This document shows, in pieces, positions 58,222-64,000 of a DNA stretch of 64,000 nt (positions within the stretch are counted from its first letter, which is position 1; each line of letters opens with the position of its first letter). Under the pieces are notes generated by a model. It saw only the letters and a program-made list of their open reading frames with translations. It was not told the origin of the DNA and did no database searches. The translations under genes were made by a program, and so were the position numbers. Source of the DNA: Desulfuromonas sp. (lineage in GTDB: Bacteria > Desulfobacterota > Desulfuromonadia > Desulfuromonadales > Geothermobacteraceae); the NCBI GenBank assembly GCA_002868905.1, contig PKUA01000012.1, forward strand, positions 1,863 to 65,862, written 5' to 3'.

Positions 58222-59712
58222 TCACTTGGTTGACTCCGCCCTGAGCTGCGGGAACAGGATCACGTCACGAATCGAGGCGCTGTCCGTCAACAGCATCACC
58301 AAACGGTCGATGCCGATCCCCTCGCCGGCCGTCGGCGGCAATCCGTATTCAAGTGCCCGGATATAGTCTTCGTCCATTCCGTGCGCCTCTTCATCCCCCG
58401 CCGCCTTCTGCTCCAACTGCTGAAGAAACCTCTCCTTCTGGTCGCGAGGGTCATTCAGCTCGGAAAAAGCATTGGCCAGTTCACGACCGACGATAAACAG
58501 TTCAAACCGGTCGACCACCTCGGGGTTCTCATCATTCTTGCGGGAAAGAGGTGAAACCTCCAGCGGATATTCGGTGATAAAGGTCGGCTGCCACAGCTCC
58601 GATTCGGCGACGAGGTCGAAAACCTCGGTCAACAACTTGCCGACGGGGATGGTCTTGTCGAGTTCCAGTCCCCGATCCTTGGCGAATTTGAGCAGGAAGG
58701 CATGGTCGTCGAGCTGATCCTCGGTCAGGTCGCTGTACTGGCAGATCGCTTCACGCACGGTCAACCGTTTCCAGGGACGACTCAGGTCGACTTCCCGGCC
58801 GCCATAACTGATCTGCAAAGATCCGCAGACCTGTTCCGCCACATGACAGATCAACTCCTCGGTCATCTCCATCAGGTCGTGATAAGTCGCGAACGCCTGG
58901 TAAAACTCCATCATGGTGAACTCGGGGTTGTGCTGGATGGAGATACCTTCGTTGCGGAAATTCCGGTTGATCTCAAAGACCCGTTCGAAACCACCGACCA
59001 CCAACCTCTTCAGGTAAAGTTCCGGAGCGATACGGAGGAACAGGTCCATTTTCAGGGTATTGTGATGGGTGACGAACGGCTTGGCAGTCGCACCACCGGC
59101 GAGGGGCTGCATCATCGGGGTCTCGACTTCGAGGTAGTCCCGTTGCAGCATAAACTCGCGCACCAGGGAGATAATCCTGCTCCGTTTACGGAACACCTCA
59201 CCGACGTCAGGATTGACCATCAGGTCGAGGTAGCGTTGCCGGTAACGGGTTTCGACATCGGTCAGGCCGTGCCATTTTTCCGGCAACGGCAGCATCGACT
59301 TGGTCAGGATGCGCAACTCTGCGGCACGAAGCGACAACTCACCGGTCTTGGTCCGGAATGGCGTTCCGACGATGCCGACGACGTCGCCGATATCGAGGCT
59401 CCGATACAACGCGAACCCGTCGTCACCGAGATTCCCCTTGTTGACATAAACCTGCAGTCGGCCGCTTCGGTCCTGCAACTGGATGAAACCGGCCTTGCCG
59501 AAATCGCGCCGAGCCATGATCCTGCCGGCAACCCGGTAAGTGACATCGGCACCCTGCAAGGCCTCTGCATCGTCATCACCGTGTCGTTCCCCGATCCGGG
59601 AAAGGGTCTGATCCACCGTAAAATCGTTCGCATAGGGATTGATCCCCTGCTCGCGCAAGGCGTCGATTTTGCTGATCCGCTGCTGTAACAATTCGTTCTG
59701 TTCGTCCATCAT
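58222..59712 (-). CDS. lysS: Lysine--tRNA ligase (class II)
   Basis: OB-fold N-terminus followed by class II motifs (FRNEGIS, GIGIDRLVM). Start at ATG 59712/59709; the track ORF extends to 59748. Confidence 0.95.
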   Translation of the reverse strand: MMDEQNELLQQRISKIDALREQGINPYANDFTVDQTLSRIGERHGDDDAEALQGADVTYRVAGRIMARRDFGKAGFIQLQDRSGRLQVYVNKGNLGDDGFALYRSLDIGDVVGIVGTPFRTKTGELSLRAAELRILTKSMLPLPEKWHGLTDVETRYRQRYLDLMVNPDVGEVFRKRSRIISLVREFMLQRDYLEVETPMMQPLAGGATAKPFVTHHNTLKMDLFLRIAPELYLKRLVVGGFERVFEINRNFRNEGISIQHNPEFTMMEFYQAFATYHDLMEMTEELICHVAEQVCGSLQISYGGREVDLSRPWKRLTVREAICQYSDLTEDQLDDHAFLLKFAKDRGLELDKTIPVGKLLTEVFDLVAESELWQPTFITEYPLEVSPLSRKNDENPEVVDRFELFIVGRELANAFSELNDPRDQKERFLQQLEQKAAGDEEAHGMDEDYIRALEYGLPPTAGEGIGIDRLVMLLTDSASIRDVILFPQLRAESTK

Positions 59713-59771
59713 TCTCTCTTTGTTTATACGGCGATTGGCGAAAATCACCCTCTGTCAGGTCACTGAATCGC

Positions 59772-60968
59772 TTATTCCCCGGTTTGGAAAGACCAGATCA
59801 GTTCGGCGGGGAGCGGGTTCCCATCGATATCGCTGACATCGGTGGTCAAACGGACCTGATAATCGGAATTCGGGTCAAGATCCGCCTGCGGAGCGAGGGT
59901 CAGGATCTGGGTCTCTTCGTCATATTCGACCGTTGCGGTCACCAGGCCGAGCTGGTCGCTCAATTCGACGGTCTCGGACGTGAGGGTTTCCCCATTCATC
60001 GCCCTGCCGAATCCGATCGCGACGTCGGCTGCGACATCAACACCCGTCGCGCCGTCGGCCGGGCTGAGTTGGTTAACAACATGAAACTGGCTGCCGCGGA
60101 GCAGCAGACCGTGGGCTGTGGCAATGACACCGTTCAAATTGACCGAAGCTGACAGCGAGGATTTCCCGACCGGCAGGATGGAGATCGTACCGCTCCAACT
60201 GCCGGCACCGTCCAACACGGCCGCTCCTTCAAGCGGGGTCGGAGTCACGGTGACACTTGACGCGGCAGCGTCGACGTTGCCGGAGACGACAAGGCTCGGC
60301 AGGGTGACCGATTCGATAGCCGGTTCCAGGCTGATCAGCGGAGCATCACCATCAACCTCAATCTCCACTGTTTTTTCGACCAGTCCCAGATCGGCGTGAT
60401 CCAGGCCGAGTGTCACAGTTGTCGTCCCCTCCGGAAGGTTCTCCAGGCTATAGCTCCAAATATCGCCATCGACGTCAACTTCAGTGCCAGGATCCTCTTC
60501 GCCCAGAAAAATGACGGGAACATTCGCAGCGGACGGATCGAACAATCCACCGATCTGTTGTCCGACCGTCCCGTCGGCGATCACGTCGATGTACCGGTCG
60601 ATGCTCAGGACGTCATAAGTCAGAACGAATTGAAAACCCCGTACGTTGCCCGCTTCATCCGAAGCACGGATCAGCACGACGTGGCTCCCTTCTTCCAGTT
60701 CTATCTCGGCACTCCAAGTGTCCCCGTCGACGCTTTCCTCGGTGTAAACCTCTTCGGAATCGATAAGGATCTCAATTGTACTACCTGGATCGACGGTCCC
60801 GGAGAGCTGATGAAAACGATTCGTGGTGATTGAACTGGTGCCGGAAAAGGTCAGGTCCGGCGGGGTCAAGTCTTCTTCGGTATCACTGCCGCAACCCAAC
60901 GGAAGCAGGCATAAGAGACAACCGATACAACAACAGAGAATTCGAATCCAGGATTTCGCCATGGTCAC
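59772..60968 (-). CDS. Lipoprotein with tandem Ig-like (Big/SbsA-Ig type) domains
   Basis: Signal peptide with lipobox LLPLGC. Repetitive beta-rich D/T/V-rich body. The C-terminal segment ...VTATVEYDEETQILTLAPQADLDPNSDYQVRLTTDVSDIDGNPL is typical of bacterial Ig-like domains. Confidence 0.7.
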   Translation of the reverse strand: MTMAKSWIRILCCCIGCLLCLLPLGCGSDTEEDLTPPDLTFSGTSSITTNRFHQLSGTVDPGSTIEILIDSEEVYTEESVDGDTWSAEIELEEGSHVVLIRASDEAGNVRGFQFVLTYDVLSIDRYIDVIADGTVGQQIGGLFDPSAANVPVIFLGEEDPGTEVDVDGDIWSYSLENLPEGTTTVTLGLDHADLGLVEKTVEIEVDGDAPLISLEPAIESVTLPSLVVSGNVDAAASSVTVTPTPLEGAAVLDGAGSWSGTISILPVGKSSLSASVNLNGVIATAHGLLLRGSQFHVVNQLSPADGATGVDVAADVAIGFGRAMNGETLTSETVELSDQLGLVTATVEYDEETQILTLAPQADLDPNSDYQVRLTTDVSDIDGNPLPAELIWSFQTGE

Positions 60969-61006
60969 AACCTAGTCATTCAATTGAAACGTTAAGAGCA
61001 ACATCA

Positions 61007-62102
61007 CTATTTCTGGCTTAAGAGGTAGGCCTCGATGAACTTGTCGATGTCTCCATCGAGGACGGCATCCGTATTTCCGGTTTCGAAATTAGTCCGGTGG
61101 TCCTTGACCATCCGATACGGGTGGAGCACGTAAGAGCGAATCTGGCTCCCCCAACCGATATCTTTTTTCTCCCCGGTCAGTGAGGCGGCCTCTTCCTCTT
61201 TCTTGCGCAGCTCAACCTCGAACAGCCGGGAACGCAACTGCTTCATGGCTGTTGCCCGGTTCTTGTGCTGGGACCGCTCGTTCTGGCAGGCAACCACGAT
61301 TCCGGTCGGGACATGGGTAATACGGATAGCGGAGTCGGTCTTGTTGACATGCTGTCCCCCGGCACCGCTGGCACGGAACGTATCCACCTTCAGGTCTTTG
61401 TCAAGAATTTCCACCTCAACGTCATCAGGCAGTTCAGGAAAAACGAAGACCGAACTGAAGGAGGTGTGACGACGGGCATTGCTGTCGAAAGGGGAAATTC
61501 TCACCAGGCGATGAATACCGATCTCTGCCCGCAACCACCCGTATGCGTGATCTCCGTCGACGGTAAATGTCGCACTTTTGACCCCAGCCTCGTCACCCGG
61601 GAGGTATTCGGTCATGTCGGTCTTGAACCCGCGGCGTTCACAGAAGCGGAGGTACATCCGCAACAGCATATCGGCCCAGTCCTGAGCTTCGGTCCCGCCA
61701 GCGCCGGCGTTGATACTCAGAATCGCGTTGCAAGCGTCATGTTCACCCGACAGCATGCGGGCAAATTCCATTTTGTCGACCCGCTCTTCCAACCCGGGGA
61801 GAAGCTGCTTGACCTCTTCGAGGGTTTCGTCGTCCTCTCCCTCATCTCCGAGTTCGCAGAGAATCTGAAGATCTTCAAACTCTTTCCAGGATTCATCCCA
61901 CCCTTCAACGATATTTTGCAAGCTGGTCCGTTCCTTGAGAATCTCCTGGCTTTTCTCCCCCCGGTCCCAGAAGTCGGGGCTCGCTATATCAGCGTCAAGT
62001 TCGGCTACCCTCTCTCGCTTGCCGTCAACGTCAAAGGTACCTCCTCAGCTCAACGAGCTTGTTCTTGAGGGTCTCGAGTGCATCCTGCTGTTCACGAAAC
62101 AT
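61007..62102 (-). CDS. prfB: Peptide chain release factor 2 (two frames joined by a programmed +1 frameshift)
   Basis: Frame 0 runs 62102..62034 (MFREQQDALETLKNKLVELRRYL) and ends at an in-frame TGA (62033..62031). The +1 frame from 62032 reads DVDGKRERVAELDADIASPDFW... and is continuous with the track ORF 61007..61921, which carries the SPF and GGQ motifs. Confidence 0.93.
62030..62045 (-). other. prfB programmed +1 frameshift site
   Basis: On the minus strand: AGG AGG TAC CTT TGA C. This is an internal SD (AGGAGG), 3 nt, then the slippery CUU UGA C, identical in architecture to the E. coli prfB site. Confidence 0.9.
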
Positions 62103-62365
62103 GGTCAAACTCCCTGCCATGGCTACCCGTGACGTCAAATACGGGTGAATTTTTGGATAAAATGAACAGGGGATTATAGCGGGCGTCGCATTGAGTGGCA
62201 AGGAGAATACATGCGATCAGCTGAAATCAGCCAAGCGGAAACCTCCGGCAGGAATGGAGTCTTCGTTCGTTTTCTCAACTTTTCCGAATTTGACAGGTTC
62301 CATATGCCTGATATCTGGTTATGATGAAGGTTCATCAGGCCCAGACTGCTCACGGGAGACCTGTC

Positions 62366-63379
62366 ATGCCGCTGTCAAAACCATTTATCGTCGGCATTTT
62401 CATCCTGCTGTTATCTCCCGCATCCGTTTGCCTCGGAGGCCTGCTCGACATTGTCGATCTGGAGGAGGTCGGGTCCACCGAGGCTGAAAGTTATCCCTGG
62501 AGAGCGATCGGCGTCCTGGCCTTCGATGACAAACCGCCCCATTGCACAGCCTTTTTGACCGGACCCGACGAAATCCGGACGAACACCCACTGCGTTATCG
62601 ACAGCACCACCGGAACGATTTATCCAATTATCAGGTTCATCCTTTACCCCCACAGCCCGACCGACAATCGCTCTATCCGGGTGAAAACCGACAATGCCGT
62701 CTATGACCGCCACCGACAACAGGAGCAAAACGGCGAAAAACCAGAATCTCCCCTGGATCTCGGACGTATGGACTACGCCATACTAACACTTAAGGAAAGC
62801 ATCGGTGACGAGATCGGCTATTTCGGCATTTCCTACCCTCCGACGACACATCGTCCCGGGAAAATTCGCCCAGGTTTTCTGGGGGCGGAACCGAGCAGGA
62901 TCGACCCATGCAGCGGAAGTTGCCGCTACGATGAAGATCCCCTCTCAAACTACCTGGCTGAACTTAAAAATGAACAACAAATTCGCAAAGGAGCAAGGGG
63001 TAAAAAGGATTTCGATGACAGACCAAAATCGTGCATGGCAGGCTTCCCGAATGTCTCATGGCCGAGCAAGATGCTGCGCAGCCGGGACTGCGGGCTGAGT
63101 GGCCTTGGCACGGGCGCGCCGGCCCACAATTGCGAAAGCGACCGGGGTGGCAGCGGCAGCCCGCTGTTTGTGATTAATCGTCAATGTCAGGCCATCGCCT
63201 TCGCAATACACACCGGCACCAGGAAAACAACGATCTATTATGCCCCACACGGCACCGACCAAACCATTGAAATTACCTATTTCAACTACAATCGGTCTGT
63301 CCTGATGAGTGATGAGAATCCCGACCCGGAGCTTGAGTCGATCCTGATCAAGAATGGCAGCGCAACCCCGAATCAATGA
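62366..63379 (+). CDS. Secreted trypsin-fold serine peptidase (S1, V8/glutamyl-endopeptidase-like) with a long insertion
   Basis: Signal peptide MPLSKPFIVGIFILLLSPASVCLG. Catalytic His in TNTHCV, Asp in DYAILTL, and Ser in DRGGSGSPLF. Start at ATG 62366, preceded by GGGAGA; the track ORF starts at 62321. Confidence 0.7.
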   Translation: MPLSKPFIVGIFILLLSPASVCLGGLLDIVDLEEVGSTEAESYPWRAIGVLAFDDKPPHCTAFLTGPDEIRTNTHCVIDSTTGTIYPIIRFILYPHSPTDNRSIRVKTDNAVYDRHRQQEQNGEKPESPLDLGRMDYAILTLKESIGDEIGYFGISYPPTTHRPGKIRPGFLGAEPSRIDPCSGSCRYDEDPLSNYLAELKNEQQIRKGARGKKDFDDRPKSCMAGFPNVSWPSKMLRSRDCGLSGLGTGAPAHNCESDRGGSGSPLFVINRQCQAIAFAIHTGTRKTTIYYAPHGTDQTIEITYFNYNRSVLMSDENPDPELESILIKNGSATPNQ

Positions 63380-63439
63380 CAGAAGCCACTTTATAAGGCA
63401 TAATCAGAGAGTTTCGACTCTCAACAACCCAAGGTCCGG

Positions 63440-64000
63440 ATGAAAAACTCACCACTGATCGACTTACAAAACGTGTCCAAGGTCTACCATACAGGCCATC
63501 AACAGGTGCATGCCGTCGCCGAATTCACCACGACATTCGACCCTGGGGAGTTCACCGTTCTGGCCGGCCCCTCGGGAAGCGGCAAAACCACACTACTCAA
63601 CCTGATCGGCTGTCTCGACAAAGCGAGCGAAGGACGAATTCTTATCGAGGGAGGAGATATCGCCCAAAGGTCCTCCCGGGAACTGGCTGTTTTCAGACTG
63701 CACCGAATCGGTTTCATCTTCCAGTCCTACAACCTGATTCCTGTTCTGTCAGCAGCGGAAAACGCCGAATTCACCCTGATGCTGCAGGGGGTTTCCCCCG
63801 CACAGCGTAGAGCAAAAGTCCTTGAGATTCTAAATCAGCTCGGTCTGGAGGGGCTTGCCGACCGCCGACCGGGAGACCTGTCCGGCGGTCAGCAGCAACG
63901 GGTCGCCATCGCCCGCGCCATCGCCGCCGATCCGGCCGTTGTCCTGGCCGACGAGCCGACAGCCAACCTCGATTCGGAAACCGCTAACGACCTGCTCGAC
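63440..64000 (+). CDS. ABC transporter ATP-binding protein, MacB/LolD/FtsE-like (3' end outside the window)
   Basis: Manual translation from ATG 63440: MKNSPLIDLQNVSKVY...GPSGSGKTTLLN...FIFQSYNLIPVLSAAENA...[14 protein letters not shown]...VLADEPTANLD. The ORF is open to the window edge and is not in the ORF track. Confidence 0.88.
   Translation, partial: MKNSPLIDLQNVSKVYHTGHQQVHAVAEFTTTFDPGEFTVLAGPSGSGKTTLLNLIGCLDKASEGRILIEGGDIAQRSSRELAVFRLHRIGFIFQSYNLIPVLSAAENAEFTLMLQGVSPAQRRAKVLEILNQLGLEGLADRRPGDLSGGQQQRVAIARAIAADPAVVLADEPTANLDSETANDLLD

Overview
This is a high-GC, gene-dense chromosomal segment of about 70 CDS. Nearly all genes are on the minus strand. The only plus-strand blocks are 22245-24716 (purM-purN-DUF523-rpmB) and 62366-64000 (protease plus ABC ATPase). 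Gene content and order suggest a Desulfuromonadales-like deltaproteobacterium (Geobacter, Desulfuromonas or Pelobacter type): argC / rpsI-rplM-truA, hfq-miaA-mutL, scpAB-rluB, pyrDK, yicC-gmk-rpoZ-rel-ridA, and a long envelope supercluster bamA-skp-lpxD-fabZ-lpxA-lpxB-msbA-DUF374-waaA-lpxK. That taxonomic call rests on motifs and synteny only; no search was possible. I found no rRNA, tRNA, CRISPR array, IS element, integrase or prophage. The accessory-looking part is 29.3-44.5 kb. It holds a sulfate-activation (PAPS) module (cysQ, cysN fused to a degenerate APS-kinase domain, cysD, cysC, and a membrane DUF2061-APS-kinase fusion). This lies directly next to the ADP-heptose genes (gmhB-hldE-gmhA), a family-2 sulfotransferase and a block of LPS-core enzymes (GT4, a CMP-sugar-transferase-like protein, a kinase-fold pair, a pyruvyl transferase, GT4, GT9). 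The most interesting reading is a dedicated system that decorates the LPS core with sulfate, and probably also pyruvate and phosphate. Other notable points: Rel carries HN instead of HD in its hydrolase motif. prfB has the classical +1 frameshift, and the ORF track misses its N-terminal exon. There is a DHH-CBS-poly(A)-polymerase fusion, an orphan MshM/MshN-like ATPase/TPR pair with a roughly 160-aa polyacidic linker, an orphan EcfT-like gene coupled to truA, and an AT-richer secreted S1 protease next to an ABC ATPase at the right edge. All functional calls come from motif recognition by eye. Novelty cannot be judged without database searches.
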